From Candidatus Uhrbacteria bacterium (lineage in GTDB: Bacteria > Patescibacteriota > Patescibacteriia > UBA9934): DNA of 64,000 nucleotides. The DNA is taken from contig CAIKHN010000004.1 of assembly GCA_903827265.1 (NCBI GenBank), positions 40,067 through 104,066 on the forward strand, given 5' to 3'. Positions 1-8,286 of the stretch are shown in pieces (the stretch's first letter is position 1; each line of letters opens with the position of its first letter). The translations under genes were made by a program, and so were the position numbers. The notes under the pieces are model-generated. The model was not told the DNA's origin and ran no database searches. It saw only the letters and a program-made list of their open reading frames with translations.

Positions 1-1
1 A

Positions 2-187
2 CACGACGGCATCAGCCCCGACCGCAATGCGGCCGATGCTGCCGCCGAAGCCATTCTCGCTGCGCAAAACCAGCCGGGACAGCGTGAGGCATTCGATCTC
101 GCGTTCGCCATGAACTCCGAGGAGCTCGGTCGAGCTGCGGTGGAAGACGCGGCGGAGCGCGAGCGGAAAGACCTCTCGCCTCCGTGA
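2..187 (+). CDS. 3' end of a hypothetical protein (truncated by window edge)
   Basis: Open frame HDGISPDRNAADAAAEAILAA...ERKDLSPP-TGA with GC-rich codon usage, followed by a hairpin at ~222-250. Confidence 0.6.
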   Translation, partial: HDGISPDRNAADAAAEAILAAQNQPGQREAFDLAFAMNSEELGRAAVEDAAERERKDLSPP

Positions 188-260
188 ACATCAGTACGCA
201 CGTACCACGCCACCAAACCGCGCCGCGATTCCCACGAGGAGTCGCGGCGGCTGCGTTTTG

Positions 261-288
261 TTGACGAAACGCAGGAATGTGGTATCTT
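261..288 (+). promoter_or_regulatory. sigma70-type promoter
   Basis: TTGACG-16 nt-TATCTT with extended -10 TG. Confidence 0.55.
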
Positions 289-289
289 G

Positions 290-507
290 TTCCGGCCAGT
301 CGAAAGACCGGCTCTAGTCCTCCACACGGAGGATTCCACCCGTCCAACCGCACCAACCGTCAACACCGTACGGAGAAAACATTGGCTCTGGGCTAATAAC
401 CCATGGTTCCCCGAGGCTCGAAACCTCACAAGGAGCTTAAGAGCTACCACGAACGAAACGAATGCCGCGCGTCGCCTCTCTGAGGGATGCGCGGCATTTA
501 AATTTTT
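290..507 (+). ncRNA. candidate structured small RNA
   Basis: Upstream promoter, several short hairpins (one with a GAAA tetraloop), closing terminator hairpin at ~461-507, no convincing ORF. Confidence 0.35.
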
Positions 508-524
508 CCCCTGTGAGTGTTCTG

Positions 525-1109
525 CTATTTCGTAAACCGATTTTGCATGTGCATCGAGGCGTGCATGAAGTCGATGATATCCTTGGTGATATCGATCGGC
601 GCGCGATTCGTCCAGATTTCCTTGTACCAAACCGAAGGATCATTCTTCCAAAACTCAGCAACTTGCACTTCATCAGCGTGATATCGTTTTAAGCGAACCT
701 CAATGACGTGCGCTTGATCGTCATGTCTCCCACGAACTTTGAGTCGGTCTTGCACGTCGTCGTCAGAAAGCATTAAGTGAATAACGTGCGTCGGCTGATC
801 GATGGCAAGGTACGTCTTCAGCGAATCCATTGCTCGCGCATAACCGTTCAAAATATATCCATTTGCACAGGACTCGCTCGCCAATTTCTGTTTCAGCAAT
901 CGATCCACAATTTCCTGCGGAACCATTTCCCCTCTTTGCATGTATTGCGCCGCCGTTGCCCCATCGGCCGTTTGACGGACGATTTCCTCACGCAACATGC
1001 CGCCCATGGAAATACTCGGGATCCCAAACGTTGCCGAAAGCACCGTCGCATGAGTATCCTTGCCTGATCCTGGCGGCCCGCAGAGAATGATTTTTAACGG
1101 TTGGCTCAT
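525..1109 (-). CDS. adk: adenylate/nucleoside monophosphate kinase (short, no long LID)
   Basis: P-loop GPPGSGKDT, SMGGMLR, GYILNGYAR, RGRHDD. Confidence 0.9.
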   Translation of the reverse strand: MSQPLKIILCGPPGSGKDTHATVLSATFGIPSISMGGMLREEIVRQTADGATAAQYMQRGEMVPQEIVDRLLKQKLASESCANGYILNGYARAMDSLKTYLAIDQPTHVIHLMLSDDDVQDRLKVRGRHDDQAHVIEVRLKRYHADEVQVAEFWKNDPSVWYKEIWTNRAPIDITKDIIDFMHASMHMQNRFTK

Positions 1110-1261
1110 AAGTACGAACATCATTATAGGACTTTCTTATTTTAGACCAATTTCGATGAAGATCAAGGAAAGCTTCTGAGACGTACTTTTTGGTACGTTG
1201 AAGAAGTTTCCGATGATCTGAGTCGAAAATGGACAAAATAAGGAAGTCCTAAGAATATTCT

Positions 1262-1960
1262 ATGCCTTTTCTCCTTATCGATAAACCTGCGGGAATTACC
1301 AGCCACGACGTCGTGGATCGTGTTCGCAAAATTACTGGCGAGCGCACTGTTGGCCATGCCGGCACCTTGGACCCGTTTGCAACGGGAATGTTGATTATTG
1401 GCGTCGGACGCGAGTCGACGAAACATTTAAATACGTTTTTAGGAATGGGAAAGACGTACGAGGCGACCATTCGACTTGGTGAAAGCTCGACAACGCTTGA
1501 TCCTGAAGGCGAGATCGCGACGGTCGGTGGTGCCAACCCGACCTCTCAAGCGATCGAAATGGCAATGAAAAGCCTTACCGGCGACATTCTTCAAATCCCA
1601 CCGATGCATTCAGCGATCAAGATCGGGGGCCAAAAACTCTACGACCTCGCCCGAAAAGGCATTGAAATCGACCGACCACCACGGCCGGTGACAATTTCAC
1701 GATTCGACCTCATCTCCCCCTACTCCCTACCGCCTACTCCCTACCGCCTTCCCTTCGACCTCCCCGTCGTTATCGATTGTTCCTCGGGAACCTATATCCG
1801 AGCCATCGCTCGCGATCTTGGGGAGAAACTCGGCACCGCCGGGTACCTGACTCAGCTCCGCCGAACAGCGATTGGATCATACGGAATCGATTCTGCAACC
1901 GCACTCAACGAAATTACCCCTGAAAATTGGGCTTCGTTGGCGAAAAAGCTGGTGCCATGA
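1262..1960 (+). CDS. truB: tRNA pseudouridine(55) synthase
   Basis: DKPAGITSHDVV, GHAGTLDPFATG, CSSGTYIRAIARDLG, LRRT. Confidence 0.97.
   Translation: MPFLLIDKPAGITSHDVVDRVRKITGERTVGHAGTLDPFATGMLIIGVGRESTKHLNTFLGMGKTYEATIRLGESSTTLDPEGEIATVGGANPTSQAIEMAMKSLTGDILQIPPMHSAIKIGGQKLYDLARKGIEIDRPPRPVTISRFDLISPYSLPPTPYRLPFDLPVVIDCSSGTYIRAIARDLGEKLGTAGYLTQLRRTAIGSYGIDSATALNEITPENWASLAKKLVP
1720..1749 (+). repeat. heptamer tandem repeat inside truB
   Basis: ctactcc-ctaccgc-ctactcc-ctaccgc, in-frame SPYSLPPTPYRLP. Confidence 0.75.
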
Positions 1961-1981
1961 TACGCTCGAGACGTAAATCTT

Positions 1982-2105
1982 GATGACCTTGTCCGACTCC
2001 AACCGCAAACGAACTCTGGGTATGATCTCGACGTTATTGCAAAAATCCTTGAAGCGTAAAACGAGCAAAGGCTAGGGCCTTTGTTTTGGAATTCGGCAGG
2101 GTGAC
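1982..2105 (+). ncRNA. candidate 6S-like rod RNA or structured leader upstream of rny
   Basis: accttgtccgactccaa can pair imperfectly with ttggaattcggcagggt; inner pairings ctctgg/ctaggg and ctcg/cgag; position upstream of rny. Confidence 0.35.
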
Positions 2106-2109
2106 TTCT

Positions 2110-3702
2110 ATGCCATCCACATTCATTATCGGTCTTCTGGCGATTCTTGCCGGAAGCGCCGTTGGGTACGGTATTCGTGACGTTCGTGGGAAACAAATTG
2201 CCGGAAGTGCCGAAGCACGAGCAGAGGACATCCTCAAAAAAGCACGAGCAGAGGAAGACCGCATTGCACAAGAAGCAAAAATCAAAGAGCAGCAGATTGT
2301 TCAAACCGCCCGAACAACAGAGCAGCAGCTGCTTCTCGATGCAAAGGAGCGTGCGATGAAAGTGCTTGAGGACGGAAAGCGCGAGCTCGCTTTTCATGAA
2401 ACCGGACTCAAAGAAGCACAAACGCGCATCGCCGAGCGCGAACGTCGTTTCGACGAAACGCTTCTTGATTTTGAAAACAAAAAAACAAAGCTCGAAGAAG
2501 AGAAAGAGAAGCTCATCGTTGCAAAAACCGACGTTGCAAAACTTCATGACGAAGCATTTGCAAAACTGCAATCTGTCGCTGGAATGACAAAAGAAGCCGC
2601 AGCAGAAGTTCTCTTGAAGCGCATCGAGGAAACGGAAACGGATGCGATGCTTTCCCGCATTCGCAAGATGGATCAAATCAGCGAAGACGCGATCGAAACA
2701 AAAGCGCGCAACGTGCTTTCACTTGCCATTAGCAAGTTTGCGAGCAGCCAAGTTGTTGATGCAACAACTACGTTCGTCGATCTTCCAAGCGACGACATGA
2801 AGGGCCGAATCATCGGAAAAGAAGGCCGCAATATCAAAACGCTCGAGCATCTCACCGGCTGTGAACTCATCATCGACGACACACCAAATTCCATCACCAT
2901 TAGCGGGTTCTCCCCTGTTCGCCGACAGGTCGCAAAGCGTGCGCTTGAAGCACTCTTGAAAGACGGACGCATTCAACCGGCAAAAATCGAAGAAGCGATT
3001 AATGCGGCAAAACAAGAACTCGCAAAAGACATGCGCAAGGCCGGCGAGGACGCGCTGTACGAACTCGGTATTCCTGTTCCAAGTATCGATCCAAAGCTCG
3101 TCGCTATTCTTGGCCGATTAAAGTTCCGCACAAGCTACGGACAGAACGTCCTTCAGCATTCTATTGAAGTCGCTCGCCTCTCTGGCATGATGGCCGAAGA
3201 ACTTGGCGCCGACGTGTTCATTTGTAAAAAAGGTGGGCTCTTCCACGACATTGGAAAAGCGGTTGACCACGACATGCAAGGAGCGCACCCACAAATTGGG
3301 TACAACATCATGAAGAAGTTTGGTTTCCCTGAAGAGCTTGCATACCAATCCATCGCCCACCACGAAGACAAGCCCCGAACGCTTGAAGGCGTCATTGTAA
3401 AAGCAGCTGACGCCATGAGTGGCGCACGCCCTGGTGCACGTCGCAATAGCCTTGAAGAATACCTCCAGCGCTTGCAAGACCTTGAGATGACCGCGTCTGG
3501 ATTCCCTGGCGTGGAAAAGGTATATGCCATTCAAGCCGGTCGCGAAGTTCGGGTGTTTGTTCAGCCTGGGGTTGTCGACGACCTCTCCGCACATAACCTT
3601 GCTCGCGACATCGCAAAGAAAATCGAGGCAGACCTCACCTATCCTGGCGAGGTTCGAGTCACGATTATTCGCGAAACCCGCGTCACCGAATACGCTCGAT
3701 AA
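2110..3702 (+). CDS. rny: ribonuclease Y
   Basis: N-terminal TM helix, coiled coil, KH (KGRIIGKEGRNI), HD (FHDIGKA), AIQAGREVRV. Confidence 0.97.
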   Translation: MPSTFIIGLLAILAGSAVGYGIRDVRGKQIAGSAEARAEDILKKARAEEDRIAQEAKIKEQQIVQTARTTEQQLLLDAKERAMKVLEDGKRELAFHETGLKEAQTRIAERERRFDETLLDFENKKTKLEEEKEKLIVAKTDVAKLHDEAFAKLQSVAGMTKEAAAEVLLKRIEETETDAMLSRIRKMDQISEDAIETKARNVLSLAISKFASSQVVDATTTFVDLPSDDMKGRIIGKEGRNIKTLEHLTGCELIIDDTPNSITISGFSPVRRQVAKRALEALLKDGRIQPAKIEEAINAAKQELAKDMRKAGEDALYELGIPVPSIDPKLVAILGRLKFRTSYGQNVLQHSIEVARLSGMMAEELGADVFICKKGGLFHDIGKAVDHDMQGAHPQIGYNIMKKFGFPEELAYQSIAHHEDKPRTLEGVIVKAADAMSGARPGARRNSLEEYLQRLQDLEMTASGFPGVEKVYAIQAGREVRVFVQPGVVDDLSAHNLARDIAKKIEADLTYPGEVRVTIIRETRVTEYAR

Positions 3703-3712
3703 TTCGAACGCT

Positions 3713-3740
3713 TGACGCTCCATAGAAATTCCGCTAAGAT
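3713..3740 (+). promoter_or_regulatory. sigma70 promoter for HU
   Basis: TTGACG...TAAGAT at near-canonical spacing. Confidence 0.6.
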
Positions 3741-3769
3741 AAGCGCATTCATTTGACCTTACTTTCTCT

Positions 3770-4060
3770 ATGAATAAGGCAGAACTCGCGCTTCGTCTTT
3801 CAGAAAAGCTGAATGTTCCAAAGAAATCCGCTGAAGATATTGTGGAAGCATTCGAGGCAATCGTTACAACCGCTCTCATGAATGGCGACGAAGTCACCAT
3901 TGCAGGATTCGGCACATTCTCTGCCCGAACCCGCTCAGCACGAATGGGAGTAAACCCACGCAATCCTAGCGAAAAAATCCAAGTTCCTGCCGTCCGCGTG
4001 CCAAAGTTCAAGGCTGGAAAGGCATTGAAGGACGCGCTTAAAGGCAAACTCACCTCATAA
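3770..4060 (+). CDS. hup: HU DNA-binding protein
   Basis: MNKAEL, GFGTF, RMGVNPRN, VPKFKAGKALKD. Confidence 0.96.
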   Translation: MNKAELALRLSEKLNVPKKSAEDIVEAFEAIVTTALMNGDEVTIAGFGTFSARTRSARMGVNPRNPSEKIQVPAVRVPKFKAGKALKDALKGKLTS

Positions 4061-4068
4061 GTTCCCCG

Positions 4069-4097
4069 CAAAACATCGTCCGAAAGGGCGATGTTTT
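4069..4097 (+). terminator. intrinsic terminator after HU
   Basis: caaaacatcgtcc-gaaa-gggcgatgttttg. Confidence 0.7.
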
Positions 4098-4150
4098 GTT
4101 TGCGCAGCTGAAGTTACTATGCTACCCTCGAGGCCCACTCAGGTGTTCTC

Positions 4151-4696
4151 GTGCCCTCATTCGTCAATGCGTTCCCCACCGTCTTCGAAAACGAGCTCTT
4201 CGCCGGCCAGGTGTCCGCAAACGTCCGCGCAGGCAACTTCGCGCTTCGTGTCTCCGCTGAAGACGGCGAATTCGAGCGCAGCTGTCTCAACGTCACCCTG
4301 ACCGTCTGGTGCAAGGCGACGGCACACTACTACGGCGAGGACCGGAACCTGCCGGAGATTCTCATCGTCGCGAATCATCTGCCAACCAAGATGAGCGCCA
4401 TGGTTTGCTTCCTCGAGAAGCTGGATCTAACCGCGTTCATGCCGGAAACAGCGGAATTCCGCACGATGGACTCCGCACTCGATCTGGCCGCGTTCTCGGC
4501 CCGCGCGGCTGGAATGCCCGCGGATCAGGTCGACGAAGTACGCGCCGAGATCACCGCCACCGAAGATCGGGAAAGCAAGACGAGGATCCCTGGTCTGCCG
4601 TACAAACAGCCGATGCGACCCGACCTGTTCTTCAACGAAATCCGCGACCAGCTCATCGAAGATGCCAAGAAGCAACTCAAAGGCCTCGTCGGCTGA
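4151..4696 (+). CDS. hypothetical protein (GC-rich ORFan)
   Basis: 181-aa ORF, strong GC3 bias, own downstream hairpin 4706-4742; no recognised motif. Confidence 0.7.
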   Translation: MPSFVNAFPTVFENELFAGQVSANVRAGNFALRVSAEDGEFERSCLNVTLTVWCKATAHYYGEDRNLPEILIVANHLPTKMSAMVCFLEKLDLTAFMPETAEFRTMDSALDLAAFSARAAGMPADQVDEVRAEITATEDRESKTRIPGLPYKQPMRPDLFFNEIRDQLIEDAKKQLKGLVG

Positions 4697-4760
4697 CGCC
4701 CACGAAAACGCCGTCTCTCCCATTGCGGGCGAGACGGCGTTTGCACGTTTATACGGGACT

Positions 4761-4967
4761 TTACGGCGTAACAATAATGATTCTCGTAATGAAATGGGTA
4801 AGAATCAGCGCGATACCGATTCCCATAACCGCCAGAACAACGTTGAGGATTGCTCGAGCGTCCTTATCGTCATTCACGAACCCGAAGAAGATATATCCGG
4901 CGAAACCGATAATGAGGAGCAATGGGAAGCCGGCTAATACAATGCCGGCAAGAAGAAGCATGGACAT
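4761..4967 (-). CDS. small two-TM membrane protein
   Basis: MSMLLLAGIVLAGFPLLLIIGFAGYIFF...AILNVVLAVMGIGIALILTHFI. Confidence 0.65.
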   Translation of the reverse strand: MSMLLLAGIVLAGFPLLLIIGFAGYIFFGFVNDDKDARAILNVVLAVMGIGIALILTHFITRIIIVTP

Positions 4968-5022
4968 ATTGCGTACAGTATACCAAAAAAGAAAACGACC
5001 TCCGAAAAGGGAGATCGTGTTC

Positions 5023-5099
5023 TGGTGCGAGCAGAGGGACTCGAACCCCCGACCCTTTGGTTCGAAGCCAAATGCTCTATCCAACTGAGCTATGCCCGC
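5023..5099 (-). tRNA. tRNA-Arg(TCG)
   Basis: Cloverleaf gcgggcatagctcag...ttggc-ttcgaa-ccaa...ggttcgagtccc...cacca. Confidence 0.95.
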
Positions 5100-5172
5100 A
5101 TATCCACTGAACGAGGCAATAGTACTTGTTTTCTTGACCATGGTCAAAAAATTGTGCATCATACAGCCGTTC

Positions 5173-5247
5173 GCATCGGTAGCTCAGCGGTAGAGCAGGT
5201 GACTCTTAATCACTTGGTCGTGGGTTCGAATCCCGCCCGGTGCACCA
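5173..5247 (+). tRNA. tRNA-Lys(CTT)
   Basis: gcatcggtagctcag...ggtga-ctcttaa-tcact...ggttcgaatccc...cacca. Confidence 0.95.
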
Positions 5248-5298
5248 GAAAAATACCCCGTCAAACGACGAGGTATTTTTCTTTTCCGATATCGGCTC

Positions 5299-5991
5299 TT
5301 ACCACCCCTTCTCTTTCAGTGCATTTGCCGCAGCGGCGATCTGCGCCTCTTGCTTACTTGTCCCCTCCCCCTTTGCAACAAGATCTTTGCCAAGATATGC
5401 ACCCATGATAAACGTCTTCTGGTGATCAGGACCCGATTCCTCGAGCACCTTGTAACTTGGCGTTATCGACAGTCGTGACTGCGCAGCTTCCTGGAACTTG
5501 CTCTTTGGATCGATGTACGAACGCTCTGCGATGATATCGCCAAGTTTCGATACAACATGTTTAAGAATAAACTCCTTTGAAAGATCCCATCCGAAGTCTA
5601 AGTAGATAGCCCCGATAATTGCCTCCATTGCGTTTGCGAGAATGTATCGTCGCGCTTTCGAGTTCGAATCCTTCTCCTCGCCGCGTGAAAGATAGAGGTA
5701 CGGCTCGATGCCGATTTCGTGACCAATGACCGCAAGACTGTCGCCATTCACAATCGACGACCGCCAGGTAGTCAGCTCGCCTTCTGGATTCTCGTACGTG
5801 TTGTACAAGTGTTCCGTCACCACAAGCTCGAGCACTGCATCACCTAAGAATTCCAATCGCTCGTTGTGTGCCAACGGAAAATCAGGATGTTCATTTAAAT
5901 ACGAACGATGCACAACGGCCTGTTCAAGATGACCGCCCGACTTTAATGGAACATTCAACATTTTCGCGAGCGCAGCAATATCTTTCTGCAT
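5299..5991 (-). CDS. rnc: ribonuclease III
   Basis: HNERLEFLGDAVL, dsRBD DPKSKFQE...GPDH. Confidence 0.97.
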   Translation of the reverse strand: MQKDIAALAKMLNVPLKSGGHLEQAVVHRSYLNEHPDFPLAHNERLEFLGDAVLELVVTEHLYNTYENPEGELTTWRSSIVNGDSLAVIGHEIGIEPYLYLSRGEEKDSNSKARRYILANAMEAIIGAIYLDFGWDLSKEFILKHVVSKLGDIIAERSYIDPKSKFQEAAQSRLSITPSYKVLEESGPDHQKTFIMGAYLGKDLVAKGEGTSKQEAQIAAAANALKEKGW

Positions 5992-5992
5992 A

Positions 5993-6475
5993 CTATTCTT
6001 CCTTGATCGATTCTTCAGCCTTTTTCTCTCGTTCTACGTCGGCCTGTTTCTTTTCTCCTTTCGCTGCCATGTCTTTCAGAATTGCCCCAAGCACACCGTT
6101 CACAAACTTTCCTGATGCTTCCCCGCCAAACTTCTTTCCAAGCTCGATCGCCTCGTTAATTGCAACTTTCGAAGGAATGGTTTGATCGAACCGAAGCTCA
6201 TACACACCAAGTCGGAGAATATTTCGATCGATAATCGTGATTGAATCCACCGTCCAGTTCGGCATGAACGTACTAATCATGGCATCAATCTCGGGCACGC
6301 GGGCAATAATCTCACCAACCTGATGCTCAACGTATCCACCGTCATCAAACTTTGGGGCGAATTCCTCTCGCACAAGTGCAACAACTTCAGGAAGCCGTAC
6401 AGCTTCCTTTCCGCGAAAATCCCACTCGTAAAGAACTTGCATAGCCATGGTTCTGGCCAAATGACGATTCGACAT
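5993..6475 (-). CDS. nusB: transcription antitermination factor NusB
   Basis: [43 protein letters not shown]. Confidence 0.96.
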   Translation of the reverse strand: MSNRHLARTMAMQVLYEWDFRGKEAVRLPEVVALVREEFAPKFDDGGYVEHQVGEIIARVPEIDAMISTFMPNWTVDSITIIDRNILRLGVYELRFDQTIPSKVAINEAIELGKKFGGEASGKFVNGVLGAILKDMAAKGEKKQADVEREKKAEESIKEE

Positions 6476-6537
6476 AGATTGCTGAGAGTATACCGAAAAC
6501 AACAACGCCCGCCAAACGGCAGGCATTGTTTCAGAAT

Positions 6538-6822
6538 TTAGTCGTGGTTATGACCTTCGTGACCAGGCTGGCTTGAGGTTTTCTTTGCAGCCTTCTTTGC
6601 TGGAGCCTTCTTAACGGCCTTTGCAATAGCCTTCTTTACCTCTGCCTTTCCTTGTTTTGCGACGTTGCGATCGCCGTACGCTCCGCAGTTCTTACATGCG
6701 CGGTGCGGCAAAAGGATTGCCTCACATTTTGCGCAAACCATCACCTGCTGTGACTTAAGAGCGTGGTGGGAACGGCGTCGGCGAACCTTAGAACGTGAGC
6801 TTCGGAATGACGGCAATGGCAT
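6538..6822 (-). CDS. rpmF: 50S ribosomal protein L32 with Lys/Ala- and His-rich tail
   Basis: [13 protein letters not shown]...[11 protein letters not shown]. Confidence 0.93.
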   Translation of the reverse strand: MPLPSFRSSRSKVRRRRSHHALKSQQVMVCAKCEAILLPHRACKNCGAYGDRNVAKQGKAEVKKAIAKAVKKAPAKKAAKKTSSQPGHEGHNHD

Positions 6823-6941
6823 AGGGGAAATTGAAGAATGCGCAAATAGTAGCCAAATATCCGATTGACGTCAAGCGAGAAATGAGGCTATCCTCTTGCA
6901 CCTGTTCAACCGGACAGGCAACCCGTTCCCCGAGAAAACCC

Positions 6942-8231
6942 GTGATCAACCCCCATGAAGCGACTCCGTCCTTCGCAACCCTTCCCCCCACCCTGCTCTA
7001 CGCCGTTGTCGCGAACGTGAACTCCAACGGTGAGCTCCAGCCGGAAGGCGACCCCAAAGTGCCTCAAGGCCGGGCCGTCTGCTTCTCGGAAAATTCGTGC
7101 GTGTCCCTCGCGAACGACATGCTGTGGATCGTTCGTCAGGGTACGGACAGCTCGGTTCGGAGCGGAATCGTTCTCCAGTACTTCGCCCCAGGGAAGCCCC
7201 TGGCACGCACGATCGGAGGAAACGAGAAAACGAATCCCTGGTACCTCGGAATGGGAATCCCCAAACTCGTCGTCTCGGAATTCGCCACCATCACGGCGGC
7301 CGATCGCGCAATGCGAAAGGCAATGGACGACGAGCTGGGTGACATCGCGTTCATGCATGCGCTCGGCAGCCTCGGCAACGATGCGCTCGCCTACGCGCTC
7401 TACACGGATCTGCGGAAGCCGGTTCAGCTCGAGCAACATCGTGCGAACGTCGAGGAGCTCAAGGCTCTCGCAAAAGCAAGCACTGGAAAGCTCGCTCGCG
7501 AGATCACTCAGTTCCTCACGGCAATGGGAAACCCGTACGACAAAACCAACCGCTACAACGTGTGGCGCAAGGTGCTGATCATGCGAGCAATCCAGCGTCG
7601 AGCCAGGGCGATCGCCGAAGGAAAAACGGGTCGGACTGAACAGATCATCGTCGCACAACGTGCGACGGCGTCGTACATCGCAAGCGTGCGCTCGTTCGCC
7701 GAGCGCGTCATGAGCGTGATCGCCGACAAGCAGCCGTGGTGGACGCAGACCGGCGTCATTCCCGGCGTCAACGACCGAATGCGGCGCAAGTTCGCGAACC
7801 GACTGAACCGCGACGCATCGATGCTCGAGAGCATCTGTGCGAATCCGTTCCGGCCCTGGGCGATTCTCGCCGCAGATCGTGTTCGGAAAATGAGCGACGG
7901 GCTCAGGAAGGGCAATCTGCACAACATCGGCACGTGGTCGCAAGAAGCCACCGGCTTCCTGGAGGCCATCTGCATCCACGAGCTTGTGTCGCGAGGAATG
8001 GTTTCCGTACGTGACGGCAACGAAACGCACGTCGCGCACGAGGCGTTCACGCGGTCGATCACCTGGATGCTTCAAACAGCGCCCGTGCTGAAAGTCCTCC
8101 CCGAGAACGGTCGCGTAATCGTCGTGGAAGCCCAAACCGGGCAACGGTCGACGAATGCAGAAAACCGTCTGGCACATCTCCGATACATCGAGCACGTCCT
8201 GCTCGAAATCGGGATTACCCACGCGGGGTAA
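6942..8231 (+). CDS. hypothetical protein (GC-rich ORFan; start uncertain)
   Basis: Long ORF (track start 6831); promoter-like TTGACG..TATCCT at 6865-6894 suggests GTG start at 6942; hairpin 8248-8278 after stop. Confidence 0.75.
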   Translation: MINPHEATPSFATLPPTLLYAVVANVNSNGELQPEGDPKVPQGRAVCFSENSCVSLANDMLWIVRQGTDSSVRSGIVLQYFAPGKPLARTIGGNEKTNPWYLGMGIPKLVVSEFATITAADRAMRKAMDDELGDIAFMHALGSLGNDALAYALYTDLRKPVQLEQHRANVEELKALAKASTGKLAREITQFLTAMGNPYDKTNRYNVWRKVLIMRAIQRRARAIAEGKTGRTEQIIVAQRATASYIASVRSFAERVMSVIADKQPWWTQTGVIPGVNDRMRRKFANRLNRDASMLESICANPFRPWAILAADRVRKMSDGLRKGNLHNIGTWSQEATGFLEAICIHELVSRGMVSVRDGNETHVAHEAFTRSITWMLQTAPVLKVLPENGRVIVVEAQTGQRSTNAENRLAHLRYIEHVLLEIGITHAG

Positions 8232-8286
8232 CGACGCACACAACGACGACGGCCAGGATCCCTCGGGACCTGGCCGTCATTGCTTT

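Noticed and set aside
1958-2059. 32 open codons in frame after the truB TGA (readthrough or TGA recoding)
   Set aside because: TruB is already complete, many genes here end normally in TGA, and long genes have no internal TGA, so the standard code fits; the segment is better explained as structured RNA
6906-8243. 445-aa minus-strand ORF
   Set aside because: Antisense shadow of the GC3-rich plus-strand gene, which has the promoter and terminator; the same applies to the shadows over the HAD gene, ftsH, copA and rpoC
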